Assembly: GCA_035285865.1 (NCBI GenBank)
Contig: JAYKHS010000030.1
Span: forward strand, 1 to 64,000
Direction of reading: 5' to 3'
Source: Candidatus Sericytochromatia bacterium
GTDB taxonomy: Bacteria > Cyanobacteriota > Sericytochromatia > S15B-MN24 > VGJW01
Length of the DNA stretch: 64,000 nt
The notes under the pieces were generated by a model. It was not told the origin of the DNA and did no database searches. It saw only the letters and a list, made by a program, of their open reading frames with translations. Below, one piece after another: positions 36,118-46,402 of this stretch (position 1 is the first letter of the stretch; the number at the start of each line of letters is the position of its first letter). A program made the translations under genes and the position numbers.

Positions 36118-37038
36118 ATGCGCCCCATGTCTCGCCTGTTGATCCTGCTGCTGGTCCTCGTGGCCGCGCGACCCGCCGAGGCGGCGCGGAGGGTCGCCGT
36201 CGTGGCGACGGTACCCGACGTCGGGGCCGTCGTCTCGGCCGTGGGCGGCGAGGACATCGCGCTGGTCGTCATGGCCGAACCGACGCAGGATGCGCACTTC
36301 GTCGATGCGCGACCCCATCTGGCGCTGCAACTGAGCAGGGCAGACCTGCTCGTGGCCATTGGTCTCGACCTCGAGGCCGGCTGGCTGCCGCGCCTGCAGG
36401 TCGGGGCCCGGCAAGCCGACATCCAGGTGGGCCGCATGGGCTACCTCGAGGTCGGTCCCTTCGCCCAGTTGCTCGAGATCCCGCGGATGCGCATGGACCG
36501 GTCGTTCGGGGATGTCCACGCCAGCGGCAATCCGCATGTGCTGCTGGATCCGCGCAACGCCGGACGGATTGCCATCGGCGTGGCAGACCGTCTTGCGCGG
36601 CTTGATCCCGAACGTGCCCAGGCTTATCGGGACCGTGCCCGCCGATTCAGGACCGAGGCCGAGAAGGTCGCGGCAGCGTGGCAGGCCCGCGCACGCGACA
36701 TCCCGGCGGCCCGGCGCAAGATGGTGACCTACCATCGCTCGCTGAGCTATCTTGCGAACTGGCTGTCCATCGAAGTCGTGGACACGCTCGAGCCTCAGCC
36801 GGGCATCGCGCCGACCCCGGCCCACATCAAGGACGTGCTGGTCCGGATTCCGGCTCTGGGCGTCCCGCTCATCGCGCAGGAGCCATGGTACCCCGAGCGC
36901 GTGGCCGACCTCGTGGCCAAGCGTGCAGGCATTCGCCGCGTGACGCTGCCCGTGCTCGAGGAGCCGACGCGATCGGGTGCCTACCTTGCGTGGATCGAGG
37001 CCACGGCCCGGATGGTCTGCGGAGGGCTGGCACCCTGA
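36118..37038 (+). CDS. znuA: Zn/Mn ABC transporter substrate-binding protein (306 aa)
   Basis: QDAHFV, GDVHASGNPHVLLDP, VTYHRSLSY, EPQPGIAPTPAH. Confidence 0.88.
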   Translation: MRPMSRLLILLLVLVAARPAEAARRVAVVATVPDVGAVVSAVGGEDIALVVMAEPTQDAHFVDARPHLALQLSRADLLVAIGLDLEAGWLPRLQVGARQADIQVGRMGYLEVGPFAQLLEIPRMRMDRSFGDVHASGNPHVLLDPRNAGRIAIGVADRLARLDPERAQAYRDRARRFRTEAEKVAAAWQARARDIPAARRKMVTYHRSLSYLANWLSIEVVDTLEPQPGIAPTPAHIKDVLVRIPALGVPLIAQEPWYPERVADLVAKRAGIRRVTLPVLEEPTRSGAYLAWIEATARMVCGGLAP

Positions 37039-37904
37039 TGAACCGGATTGCGGGTTTCCTGCCGGTGTTGCTGGCTGGATGTGCCTCGGTTCCGGGGCAG
37101 GGCTTCGGGACGGTCGCGGATGCCACGCTGGTCGTGCGGTGGCAGGGGCAGGGCCGCGCGCCAGTGGCCGAGCCGACCACCTGGTTGACGGCCGGCCATC
37201 GCTTCCGGATTGCCGATCGGGGGCTGAGGCTGAGAACCGGCCCGCTGGTGCTCGAAGGGACTGGCGGTTCGACGACGTCGACGGGGCCTGCCGCGGCCTT
37301 CGATCCTGCTCGACCGCCCACCGGCTTTACCCTATGCCACAACGGGCACTGTCATGCGACGGATGGTCGCCTCGTGCCCTACGAGCAGGTCCCGCTCGAG
37401 TTGGCCCGGAACTCGGGCAGCCTCGTCACGACGCCCTTCATGAGCCTGCTGCCTGCAGGTTCGGGGTCGGGCGTGGGCCCCGGTGCCCCGGAATCCGCGA
37501 CTCCCTTTTCCTGCGTCGGATGTGCCATGCCGGAGGGGCAACTGCTGTCTGTCGCCCTGCCTATCGCCGAGGTGACGCTCGAAGGTTCCCTGACCAGCCG
37601 CGATCCGGGTGCCCCGCTCGTCGGGGGTGCACGTGCCTTCGCCGTGGCGCTGACCGATCCCGGTCTGACGCTCCGGGATGTCGCCCCGCTCACGTTGCGC
37701 TGGGCGCGTCCCGAGAGAATCCGGGTCGAAGCGACGCTCTCCGTTCCGGAGGCCCTGCTCGATGGCCTGCCGTGGGAACGGCTCGCCGCAGACCAGCCTG
37801 CCGGAACCCTGGCACCCGGGGCGGATGCGGCCTCTCGCGAGGCGCTTTTGGCCGCACTCGCCCTGTCCCGACTCTCGGTCCGCTACAGTTCCCCCACCCC
37901 CTGA
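37038..37904 (+). CDS. Lipoprotein with CHNGHCH putative metal-binding motif (288 aa)
   Basis: TGATG overlap; lipobox LAGC; FDPARPPTGFTLCHNGHCH; later CxxC. Confidence 0.75.
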   Translation: MNRIAGFLPVLLAGCASVPGQGFGTVADATLVVRWQGQGRAPVAEPTTWLTAGHRFRIADRGLRLRTGPLVLEGTGGSTTSTGPAAAFDPARPPTGFTLCHNGHCHATDGRLVPYEQVPLELARNSGSLVTTPFMSLLPAGSGSGVGPGAPESATPFSCVGCAMPEGQLLSVALPIAEVTLEGSLTSRDPGAPLVGGARAFAVALTDPGLTLRDVAPLTLRWARPERIRVEATLSVPEALLDGLPWERLAADQPAGTLAPGADAASREALLAALALSRLSVRYSSPTP

Positions 37905-37924
37905 AAACCCGAGGAGTTTTCACC

Positions 37925-38500
37925 GTGCAGAACCTGAGTCTCCACTTGGCATGGCCCCTGTTGGCCGTGGCCGCCGTAGCCTGCTCTCCCGCGGCAACGG
38001 GGCCTGCCGCCACACCGTCTCCTGCCGCCAGCGCGACGGCGTCTCCTGTCGCCACGCCCAGCCCTGCGCCCACCCAGCCCACCTACCAGACAGCCTATGC
38101 CGATGGTTGCGAACATCTCGGAGAGGTGGCCTCGGTGCCGCTTTCCGCAGGGGCCAGCCGGGATGCTGCGGTCACGGCTCCCGTCGGGCATGACCGCCTG
38201 CTCGTGACGATGCCGGCTGCGCGGGAAGGTTGGTTCCGTCTGTCTCCGGCCCATGAGGGGCAGGTCTTCATCTTCACGTCCGAGCCTGCGACGTTCTCCG
38301 TCCGTACCGTAGAGACCGGACGAGCGGTAACCGTCGTGCCCGTGGTTTCCCCGGGAGCGGCGACGTGCCCGGACATGAAGGCCGCCGCGCGCTTTCCGTG
38401 GTCGCTGGCGGATGGGAAGATGGACCTGCAGCTTCTCGCGCCCGTCGCCACCTTGTCGCTGGTGGTCTTCGACGAGACGCCGGAAGCAGAAGAGGAATAG
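37925..38500 (+). CDS. Lipoprotein, hypothetical (191 aa)
   Basis: RBS GAGGAG, GTG start, lipobox AVAC, PT-rich linker, DGCEHL motif. Confidence 0.7.
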   Translation: MQNLSLHLAWPLLAVAAVACSPAATGPAATPSPAASATASPVATPSPAPTQPTYQTAYADGCEHLGEVASVPLSAGASRDAAVTAPVGHDRLLVTMPAAREGWFRLSPAHEGQVFIFTSEPATFSVRTVETGRAVTVVPVVSPGAATCPDMKAAARFPWSLADGKMDLQLLAPVATLSLVVFDETPEAEEE

Positions 38501-39267
38501 TGGGTTCGAGCGGGCATCCGGATTCCGGTTCGCCGATGATCAAGGCCGAGGGCCTGGTCATCGGCCGTTCCGCTCGTGCTCTCCTGCCGCCCATCGATCT
38601 GGTCCTCGAGCGGGGGCGGGCGCTGGGAGTCCTCGGGCGGAACGGTTCGGGCAAGAGCACGCTTCTGGCCACTCTGCTCGGCTTGTTGCCGCCTGTCTCG
38701 GGGCAGGTTCGCCGGCAGGCCTCGCGTCTTGCCTGGGTGCCGCAGCGGTCGCCACTGGCGCCTGATCTGCCCTTGCGGGCCGCAGACGTCGTGGCCCTCG
38801 GCTTCGGACATCGGACGGCCTGGGAGCGCTGGCGTCAGCGTGCTGAGGTCCGGACCCGGATCGCGGAGGTCCTCTCCGTGCTGGGCATCCCGGATGTCCG
38901 GGATACCTCGTTCCACGCGCTTTCCGAAGGGCAGCGCCAGCGTGTCCTCCTGGCACAGGCCCTGGTGGTCCCCCCAGACCTGATGGTGCTCGACGAGCCC
39001 ACCGCCGCGATGGACGGGATGGCCGAACAGGTCGTGCTCGACGCGCTCGACACGCTGCGGCGCAGCCATGGCACGGCCGTGATCCTCGTGTCCCACCGGA
39101 TTTCCAGCGTGATGGCCCGGATGGACCAGGTGTTGTGGCTGGACCGGGAGCCGCCCCGCATCTGGCTGGGCCCACCCGAGCGCCTCGAGGCCCAGCCGGG
39201 CGTGTCCGAGGTGCTGCGGCTGGCGACAGGTCCGCTTCCCGAGCCGGGAGGCTGGGAGCCGCGATGA
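38500..39267 (+). CDS. znuC: Metal ABC transporter ATP-binding protein
   Basis: GRNGSGKST, WVPQ, LSEGQRQRV, LDEPT; start GTG 38500 or ATG 38536. Confidence 0.88.
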   Translation: MGSSGHPDSGSPMIKAEGLVIGRSARALLPPIDLVLERGRALGVLGRNGSGKSTLLATLLGLLPPVSGQVRRQASRLAWVPQRSPLAPDLPLRAADVVALGFGHRTAWERWRQRAEVRTRIAEVLSVLGIPDVRDTSFHALSEGQRQRVLLAQALVVPPDLMVLDEPTAAMDGMAEQVVLDALDTLRRSHGTAVILVSHRISSVMARMDQVLWLDREPPRIWLGPPERLEAQPGVSEVLRLATGPLPEPGGWEPR

Positions 39268-40073
39268 ACGCGCTGCAAGAGCTCTGGACCCTGTTTCGCG
39301 ATCCGCTGTTGACCTCGGCGCTGCTCGGGATGGCACTCGGCCTGCTGGGCGTGCATCTCGTGGCCCGTCGTCTCGTGTTCGTCTCCGCGGCTCTGACGCA
39401 GGTCGCGACGATGGCCGTGGCCCTCTCGTTCCTTGCGGGTGTCCTGCCGGGACTTCCCGGTCCGCGCTGGTTCGCCCTTCTGGCCACGCTCGTGGCCTTC
39501 CGCCTCTTGCTGGCGTGGACGGGAGGCGGATCGCGCGAAGGCAAGCTGGCCTGGGTCCAGCTGATGTCCGGGGCGGTCGCCATCGCCATCGGCACACGGC
39601 TCGCCCGGGAACGTCACGACCTCGATGCGCTGCTGTTCGGGACCGGCGTGCTCGTGGCCCCGGAGGATCTCGTCTGGGGCGCCGTGGTGGCGGCCATCGT
39701 CGTGCTGCCGACGTGGTGGCTGGCTCCTTCCGTGCTGGCGATGTCGGCCGACCCGCGCGGGGCTCGCTTGCGCGGATTGCCTGCAGGACGTCTCGAGTGG
39801 CTGTTCGTCGGACAGGTGGCGCTTGCCGTGGCGGTCGGCACGCGGGTACTGGGCGCCATGCCCGTGCTGGCGCTGGGCGTCTTGCCGGCGTTGGCAGCCG
39901 GTCGGCTGGTGCGTGGGCCGGTTGCGGCCCTCGGATTGGCGGGCCTTCTGGGTGCCGTGGTGGGTGTTGCAGGCTATGCCGCGGCTTATGCGCTCGACTT
40001 GCCGGTCGGTGCCAGCCAGACCCTGCTGGCGGGTCTGCTGGTCCTGATGGCCACGCTCGTCCGCCGTCCCTGA
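39264..40073 (+). CDS. znuB: Metal ABC transporter permease (ABC-3 family; 269 aa)
   Basis: LGVHLVARRLVFVSAAL, LLFG, DPRGARLRG, DLPVGA; ATGA overlap. Confidence 0.85.
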   Translation: MNALQELWTLFRDPLLTSALLGMALGLLGVHLVARRLVFVSAALTQVATMAVALSFLAGVLPGLPGPRWFALLATLVAFRLLLAWTGGGSREGKLAWVQLMSGAVAIAIGTRLARERHDLDALLFGTGVLVAPEDLVWGAVVAAIVVLPTWWLAPSVLAMSADPRGARLRGLPAGRLEWLFVGQVALAVAVGTRVLGAMPVLALGVLPALAAGRLVRGPVAALGLAGLLGAVVGVAGYAAAYALDLPVGASQTLLAGLLVLMATLVRRP

Positions 40074-40136
40074 ACGGACGTGTCCCGGGGCCGCGGATGT
40101 GGCCATGGGCTGCCACAGGGTATAAGGGGAGGACTT

Positions 40137-41393
40137 ATGGCCACCTTTTCACTCTGGCTCGTCCTGGTCGTCGTCGTGCTCGTGCTGCAGGGCCTCGGTC
40201 TTCTGGTCGGCCTCGCCGGCGGCGCCACGGTGCAGTCCGTGCCCTTGCTTGCCTGGTTGGTGCCTCCCGTCGTGGCGGCCCTCGCCGCGCTCGCCGGCAC
40301 GTGGCTCTTCCGCCAGCGTTGGGAGCGCGCGGCGCAGCGCCTTGCCGACCAGCTTCACGCCATGGCCGAGGGTGACCTGAAGCCGGTCGATCACGGTCGT
40401 CTGCCTCCGGGCTTGTCCGAGGTGGCCAGCCAACTTGGCGAGACGCGTGCCGGGTTGGTGCAGTTCGTTCACGAGGCACATGGGGCCTCCGGAACGCTCG
40501 TGCGCCTGCAGGAGGAGCTTCACGGCGTCTCCGAGCGGGGCTCGCGCGGTGCGCGCGGCCTGTCCGGGCAGTCCCAGCGCGTGCTCGAGATGGTGGTCAA
40601 GCAGGCGGAGCTGATTCGCGAGACCATCGCCAGCCTGATGGCCTTCGAGGCCGTGATCCAGTCAGCCGAGCGACACGCGGTGAATGCCGAACAGTTGTAT
40701 CGCCGGACCCACGACACGGTGACCCAGGGCAAGGAGTCGCTCGACAAGCTGCTGGACGCCATTGCCGACCTGCGCAACTCGGTTCATCGATCGACTGATG
40801 GCGTCGTCGAACTGTCCCGCGAGGTGCTCTCGATCGGGGACATCGTCCAGACGGTCCACAACATCGCCAAGAAGACCAACCTGCTGGCCATCAATGCCGG
40901 CATCGCGGCGGCCCAGGCCGGCGAGAAGGGTCAGGGCTTCGCCATCATCGCCGATGAGATTCGCTCCCTGGCGACGCAGACGTCGAGTGCGCTCGCGAGC
41001 ATCCAGGACATCCTGCTGCGGGTCCAGGGGCGTACCAAGGAGGTTGCTTCCGCGATCGGCGTGGGGACACGCAAGGTCTCCGAGGGCGAGACGGCCGCGA
41101 AGGATGCCGGCCGCGCCATTGCCGAGACCCGGACGGCCATGGGGCGGTCAACCGACCAGGTCACCGAGATCCTCAAGGCCACGGCGCAGATCCGCAGCGC
41201 ATCGGATCGCTTGGTCGAGACATTGACCATCATGTCGAACCTGTCCGAAGAGACCCAGAAGGGAACCAAGCAGATGGCCTCTCAGGGAGACGATCAGGTT
41301 CGGGCCCTTGCCGAGGTCAGTGGCGCCGTGGGTGCGCTCGCCGGACAGGCGCGCAGCCTCGAGAAGCTCATCGGACGCTTCCAGCGTGCCTAG
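40137..41393 (+). CDS. Methyl-accepting chemotaxis protein (418 aa)
   Basis: Two N-terminal TMs, HAMP-like segment, IAKKTNLLAINAGIAAAQAGEKGQGFAIIADEIRSLA; RBS GGAGG. Confidence 0.9.
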   Translation: MATFSLWLVLVVVVLVLQGLGLLVGLAGGATVQSVPLLAWLVPPVVAALAALAGTWLFRQRWERAAQRLADQLHAMAEGDLKPVDHGRLPPGLSEVASQLGETRAGLVQFVHEAHGASGTLVRLQEELHGVSERGSRGARGLSGQSQRVLEMVVKQAELIRETIASLMAFEAVIQSAERHAVNAEQLYRRTHDTVTQGKESLDKLLDAIADLRNSVHRSTDGVVELSREVLSIGDIVQTVHNIAKKTNLLAINAGIAAAQAGEKGQGFAIIADEIRSLATQTSSALASIQDILLRVQGRTKEVASAIGVGTRKVSEGETAAKDAGRAIAETRTAMGRSTDQVTEILKATAQIRSASDRLVETLTIMSNLSEETQKGTKQMASQGDDQVRALAEVSGAVGALAGQARSLEKLIGRFQRA

Positions 41394-43512
41394 GCAGCCC
41401 CGGCGCGGGGTGCGCACGCCGTACCTCAATGCCGAGATTTCCTGGCTGGACTTCAATGGGCGCGTGCTCGAGGAGGCTGCCGACGCTACCCTTCCGGCAC
41501 TCGAACGTCTGCGATTCCTGGCCATCAGTGCCACGAACCTCGACGAGTTCTTCATGATCCGGGTGGCCGGCCTGCAGCAGCAGTTGGCCAGTGGTCGGCA
41601 CGTGCTGTCGCCAGATGGCCTTGCTCCCTCGGCGCAGCTCGAGGTGATCCGGGACCGGGTCCTCGAGATGACCCGGCGGCAGGAGGCCATCCTGACGCGT
41701 GAACTGCTGCCCTCCATGGCCGGCCATGGCATCCGTGTCCTTCGTCATCAGGATCTGCCGGTCCCCGAGCGGGAGCGTCTGGCCCGCTGGTACCACGAGG
41801 AAGTCTTCCCTGTCCTGACGCCCCTGGCGGTAGACACCAGCCATCCTTTCCCCATCATCTCCAACCTGTCCCTGAACCTCGGTATGCTGGTGGATGCGCC
41901 CCACGGGGGCGAGGCTTTCGCCCGGGTCAAGCTGCCGCCCAATCTGCCACGCTTCGTCCCGTTGCAGGGGGGGCTCGGCTTCCTGCCCCTCGAGGAGTTG
42001 GTGGCCGCCCATGTGGATGCCCTGTTTCCCGAAATTCGGGTGCGCGCCATCCATCCCTTTCGGGTGACGCGCCATGCGGATATCGAGATCGCGGAGGATG
42101 AGGCGGTCGATCTGCTGACGGTCGTCGAGCAGGAAGTCCGCAAGCGTCGTTTCGGCCGGGCCACGCGTCTCGAGGTCACGGATCGCATGCCGGCCGGCAT
42201 GCGGGACATGCTCGTCCGGGCCCTGTCCCTTAGCGAGATGGATGTTTATGCCACGGATACGCTGACGGGCCTCGGCGACCTGATGCAGTTGGCTCGCCTG
42301 CCCGTGCCGGACCTCCAGATCCCGGCGCACTTGCCCTCCGTTCCCAAGGCCTTCCGGAGAGAAGAGGACCTCTTCGCCGTGATCCGCGAACGGGATGTGC
42401 TCGTCCATCATCCCTTCGAGGCCTTCGACCCCGTGGTGGATTTCATCTGGCAGGCGGCCGAGGACCCGAATGTCCTCGCCATCAAGCAGACGCTCTACCG
42501 GACGACGGGAGACTCCGGCTTCATCGAGGCCCTCGGCGAGGCGGCCGAGCGGGGCAAGCAGGTTGCCGTGGTGGTGGAGCTCAAAGCGCGCTTCGACGAG
42601 GAGAACAACATCCTCTGGGCCAAGCGGCTCGAACAGCGCGGCGTGCATGTCACCTACGGACTCGTCGGCCTGAAGACCCACGGCAAGCTGGCCCTTGTCG
42701 TCCGCCGTGAGCCCGACGGCATTCGGCGCTATGTGCACATGGCGACCGGAAACTACAACCCCAGCACGGCTCGCGGCTACACCGACCTCGGTCTCTTCAC
42801 GGCCGATCCCGACGTGGGGGCCGACGCCAGCGACCTCTTCAACACCCTGACGGGGTACTCCCGCAAGCAGGCCTACCGGCGCTTGCTCGTCGCGCCCGAG
42901 GGCATGCGCAGCAGGCTTGTCGCGCTGATTCGCGAGGAGGCGGCCCGCAAGGAACAGGGTCGTATCGTGTTCAAGTGCAATGCCTTGACGGACATTCCCA
43001 TCATCCGGGAGCTCTATGCAGCTGCGCAGGCAGGAGTCGCGATAGACCTCGTCATCCGCGGCATGTGCTGCCTGCGACCGGGCGTGCCGGGTTTGTCCGA
43101 GCGGATTCGGGTGCGCAGCGTCGTGGGTCGTTTTCTCGAGCACTCGCGCGTCTTCGCGTTCGGGCATGGCGACGAGGCGCGAATCTGGATCGGCAGTGCG
43201 GACATGATGGCGCGAAACCTGGACCATCGCGTCGAGGTGCTCTTTCCTGTCCGGGATCCGGCTGCAGCGCGAAGGATTCGCGAGGAGGTGCTCGCCTCCT
43301 ACCTGGCCGATGACGTGAAGGCCCGAATTCTGGATGCCGACGGCAACTGGAGCAGGCCGGCACGCGCCTCCGGGGCCTCGCCGGTCGATGCCCAGGCCTA
43401 CCTCATGGAGGCCTCCCGGCCCCCGGCGAAGTCACCCCGCGTGCGTCAGGTCGGAGGAAAGGGGAAACGACGCAAACCGGGCAAGCAGGTTTCGCGCAAA
43501 CCTCGCCTATAA
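41386..43512 (+). CDS. ppk1: Polyphosphate kinase 1
   Basis: EISWLDFNGRVL, NLDEFFMIRVAG, HHPF phospho-His, ELKARFDEENN, GRFLEHSR; start 41386 or 41410. Confidence 0.95.
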   Translation: MPRQPRRGVRTPYLNAEISWLDFNGRVLEEAADATLPALERLRFLAISATNLDEFFMIRVAGLQQQLASGRHVLSPDGLAPSAQLEVIRDRVLEMTRRQEAILTRELLPSMAGHGIRVLRHQDLPVPERERLARWYHEEVFPVLTPLAVDTSHPFPIISNLSLNLGMLVDAPHGGEAFARVKLPPNLPRFVPLQGGLGFLPLEELVAAHVDALFPEIRVRAIHPFRVTRHADIEIAEDEAVDLLTVVEQEVRKRRFGRATRLEVTDRMPAGMRDMLVRALSLSEMDVYATDTLTGLGDLMQLARLPVPDLQIPAHLPSVPKAFRREEDLFAVIRERDVLVHHPFEAFDPVVDFIWQAAEDPNVLAIKQTLYRTTGDSGFIEALGEAAERGKQVAVVVELKARFDEENNILWAKRLEQRGVHVTYGLVGLKTHGKLALVVRREPDGIRRYVHMATGNYNPSTARGYTDLGLFTADPDVGADASDLFNTLTGYSRKQAYRRLLVAPEGMRSRLVALIREEAARKEQGRIVFKCNALTDIPIIRELYAAAQAGVAIDLVIRGMCCLRPGVPGLSERIRVRSVVGRFLEHSRVFAFGHGDEARIWIGSADMMARNLDHRVEVLFPVRDPAAARRIREEVLASYLADDVKARILDADGNWSRPARASGASPVDAQAYLMEASRPPAKSPRVRQVGGKGKRRKPGKQVSRKPRL

Positions 43513-43589
43513 TCGTTCATAACCCGTTCTTGAGCCGTGGGGGCTAAGGGGTCGGGTCCTGGACAGGTTTGCGAGGGGGCATCAGGAGC

Positions 43590-45209
43590 GTGACTGGGGG
43601 GCATCGGGTTCGCGGCCGCTGGGCAAAGGCTCTGGCGTGTCTGGCGTTGGCCGGGTGCGGTTCCGCCTTCGCGGCGCCATCCGGACCTTCGGCTGCTTCG
43701 GGCGATCTTCAGGCGCAGGCGGCAAGGCGATCGGACCTTGTGGCGCGCAAGGACTTTCGGGCCGAATCCATCTACTTCGTCATCACGGATCGCTTCGTTG
43801 ATGGCGACACCCGCAACAACAAGCTGTACGGCGACGAGTACGCGCCTGGCGACCTGTTCCTGAACCAAGGGGGCGACTTCAAGGGCCTCATGGCCAATCT
43901 GGACCACATCCAGAAGATGGGCTTCACGGCGCTCTGGATCACGCCGCCCGTGCTGCAGCCTCCGGGTGCTTACTACTCGGCCAATGGTACCTATCGTGCC
44001 AGCGGCTACCATGGTTATTGGGCATGGGATTTCTCCAAGGTCGATCCGCATCTCGAGTCGCCGGGGGCTACCTATGACGATTTGATTCGGGCTTGCCACG
44101 CCCGTGGTCTCAAAGTCATTCAGGATGTCGTCTGCAATCACGGTCACGGCGTCGAGGTCGGAGCAGCGACGCGCTGGAAGGACCGTTCCGGCTACATCGC
44201 CGGCAATGGCGAGGAGCTCGACTTCCACGACGATCGGCGGAATTTCTTCCATCACGACGGCCAAGGGCTCTATGACCTGATGGACTTCCGCGACGACTCA
44301 TCCGAGGTCCTCGATTGGCTGTCGCGCATCTATGAGAAGTGGCAGGACCGTGGTGTCGATGCCTTCCGGATCGATACGGTCGGTTGGATGAAACCCACCT
44401 TCTGGGCCGGATTCACGGATCGGATGCACCGGCATCGCAGCAACTTCTTCATGTTCGGTGAGGCGTGGACCAACTCGGACTTCTCGTGGCTGGCCGGCTT
44501 CACGCGACTTCCCGGCACGCAGGGGTCCCCCATGCAGTCGGGCATGAGCATGCTCGACATGCCGGGCTCGTCCATGGGTGGCTGGGGACGCCTCGAGCAG
44601 GTCTTCAAGGGCGGCGACTACCATGCCGTGGATGAGGTCCTGCGTCACGACTCCCTGTATCGGGATCCGACGTGGCTGGTCACCTTTCTCGACAACCACG
44701 ACAAGCCTCGATTCAACGGGAACGGCGACGAGGGCTCACGTCAGGCTACTTCAGTCCAGGCCAAGGACGCGCTCAACTGGTACTTCACGGCGCGAGGCAT
44801 CCCCTGCGTCTACTACGGTACCGAGGTCCTGCTGCAGGGGGGCAGCGAACCCGACAACCGCCGCATGCTGGGCCAATCGGGCATCAAGGCCTCGCGCAAT
44901 CACACCGTGGGCCTGCATCTGGCTTTCCTGAACAAGCTTCGGGCCTCCAGCGCCGCACTTCAGGGCGGTACGCAGCATCGTGTCTTGGCCGGTCGTGACC
45001 ACTACGTCTTCCGGCGGCATCTGGCCGATGAGGATGCCCTCGTCCTGCTCAACAAGGGCGATCAGCCCGTCACGTTGGTCGTGCCCGCCCGAACCGGCAA
45101 ATGGTTCGACAGGGTCACGGGTGAGGAACGTCTGGCCGCCGGGGGGCGTCTGACCGTCACGGTGCCGGCGCACGACATCCGCGTCGTCTCCGATCGCCAG
45201 AGCCGCTGA
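43590..45209 (+). CDS. GH13 alpha-amylase-family lipoprotein (539 aa)
   Basis: RBS AGGAG + GTG; lipobox LAGC; YHGYW, DVVCNH, FRIDTV, FGEAW, FLDNHD. Confidence 0.9.
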   Translation: MTGGHRVRGRWAKALACLALAGCGSAFAAPSGPSAASGDLQAQAARRSDLVARKDFRAESIYFVITDRFVDGDTRNNKLYGDEYAPGDLFLNQGGDFKGLMANLDHIQKMGFTALWITPPVLQPPGAYYSANGTYRASGYHGYWAWDFSKVDPHLESPGATYDDLIRACHARGLKVIQDVVCNHGHGVEVGAATRWKDRSGYIAGNGEELDFHDDRRNFFHHDGQGLYDLMDFRDDSSEVLDWLSRIYEKWQDRGVDAFRIDTVGWMKPTFWAGFTDRMHRHRSNFFMFGEAWTNSDFSWLAGFTRLPGTQGSPMQSGMSMLDMPGSSMGGWGRLEQVFKGGDYHAVDEVLRHDSLYRDPTWLVTFLDNHDKPRFNGNGDEGSRQATSVQAKDALNWYFTARGIPCVYYGTEVLLQGGSEPDNRRMLGQSGIKASRNHTVGLHLAFLNKLRASSAALQGGTQHRVLAGRDHYVFRRHLADEDALVLLNKGDQPVTLVVPARTGKWFDRVTGEERLAAGGRLTVTVPAHDIRVVSDRQSR

Positions 45210-45217
45210 GCCTGACT

Positions 45218-46402
45218 TCAGGCCGTGACGGCCTCTTCCGCGGGAGCAGGGGACTCGGTCGCCTCTTCGGTCGACGGGTCCTCGAGTGCCTCGAGCGCCC
45301 CTTGAACCTCAGTCCACGAGCCAACCTGCCGATGCGTCTGCCGTGACGCCTCCGTGAGACTGCCGGACAGTTCGCGGACCCACTGGCTCAGGCCTTCGGA
45401 CTGGACGACCAAACCGGAGGCGAGGTCCCCCATGGTTGCGCGCTCCTTCTCGACCACCATCATGCCTTCCACGACCCGAGCTGCCTGCATGCCTGTGGCC
45501 TTTGCGGCCTCGAGGATATCCTTTATGGCGCGATCGGCCCCCCCGGCAGCCGCCACGCCGGCCCGGACGGCCTCTGCAGAACTGCCCATCGATTGCTGGG
45601 CGGTCTCGGCTTCCTTCACGGTTGCCAGCAGGATCTGGTCGATCAACTCGACGCTTCGTGCACTTTCCTCGGCCAACTTGCGAACTTCCTCGGCGACAAC
45701 GGCGAAGCCGCGGCCCTGCTCTCCGGCCCGCGCCGCCTCGATGGCGGCGTTGAGTGCCAGCAGGTTGGTCTGGCTGGCGAGGGCCCGGATGGTCGTCGTG
45801 ATCTGCGTGACCTCGGCCGAACGCTGCGTCAGGTGGTCGAGGGTCACGGTGGCCTTGCTCATCAGGCTCTCGACGCCGCGCATCTCGCTCACGAGGCTGG
45901 CGACCGCCTTGCTGCCCGTCTCGGCTTGCCTCTGGGCCTGTGTCGCGGCGTCTCCGAGGCTGCGTGACCGCATCAGGCCCTCCGCCACGGTCTCTCCCAG
46001 CTGCCGCATGCCCTCGGCGATGTTTCGCGATCCTTCCGACTGGCGCCTGGCCTCACTCTGCAGGCGGTCGTTGGCCCTGCCGATCTCACCCAGAACGCCC
46101 AGAAGATCGCGGCTGGCGAGGATACCCCGATCGACCTGTTCGATGAGCGCGCGGACCCGTGCCTCCTGCGGCCTGCCGTGATTCAGTCTGCCGGCCATGG
46201 CCTGCCAGAGTCCGTCGTCCTCAAGACCTTGTCCCGCCTGACGCCAGGCCACGATCGTGGCTGCAGCCATGGCCACGGCGGCCGCCAGGATCGCGACGGC
46301 ACCCTCTCGGTGGCTCAGGGCTCCCGACAGCGCCAGAAGACCGAGGGTCGCGGTGACGAGGCCGAGGACGAGGAGGGCGAGAAGCCAGCGTTGTGCATGC
46401 AT
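45218..46402 (-). CDS. Methyl-accepting chemotaxis protein (394 aa)
   Basis: TAATG overlap with mutL; two TMs; [34 protein letters not shown]. Confidence 0.9.
   Translation of the reverse strand: MHAQRWLLALLVLGLVTATLGLLALSGALSHREGAVAILAAAVAMAAATIVAWRQAGQGLEDDGLWQAMAGRLNHGRPQEARVRALIEQVDRGILASRDLLGVLGEIGRANDRLQSEARRQSEGSRNIAEGMRQLGETVAEGLMRSRSLGDAATQAQRQAETGSKAVASLVSEMRGVESLMSKATVTLDHLTQRSAEVTQITTTIRALASQTNLLALNAAIEAARAGEQGRGFAVVAEEVRKLAEESARSVELIDQILLATVKEAETAQQSMGSSAEAVRAGVAAAGGADRAIKDILEAAKATGMQAARVVEGMMVVEKERATMGDLASGLVVQSEGLSQWVRELSGSLTEASRQTHRQVGSWTEVQGALEALEDPSTEEATESPAPAEEAVTA

Noticed and set aside
43514..43531. CGTTCAT/CGTTCTT 11-bp repeat as a Pho box
   Set aside because: Only one imperfect pair, located downstream of ppk1 and before an amylase, and not seen before the phosphate transport operon.
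17750..45209. GH15 and GH13 as intracellular glycogen metabolism genes
   Set aside because: Both carry lipoprotein signal peptides, indicating exported alpha-glucan degradation; no glgA/B/C in the window.
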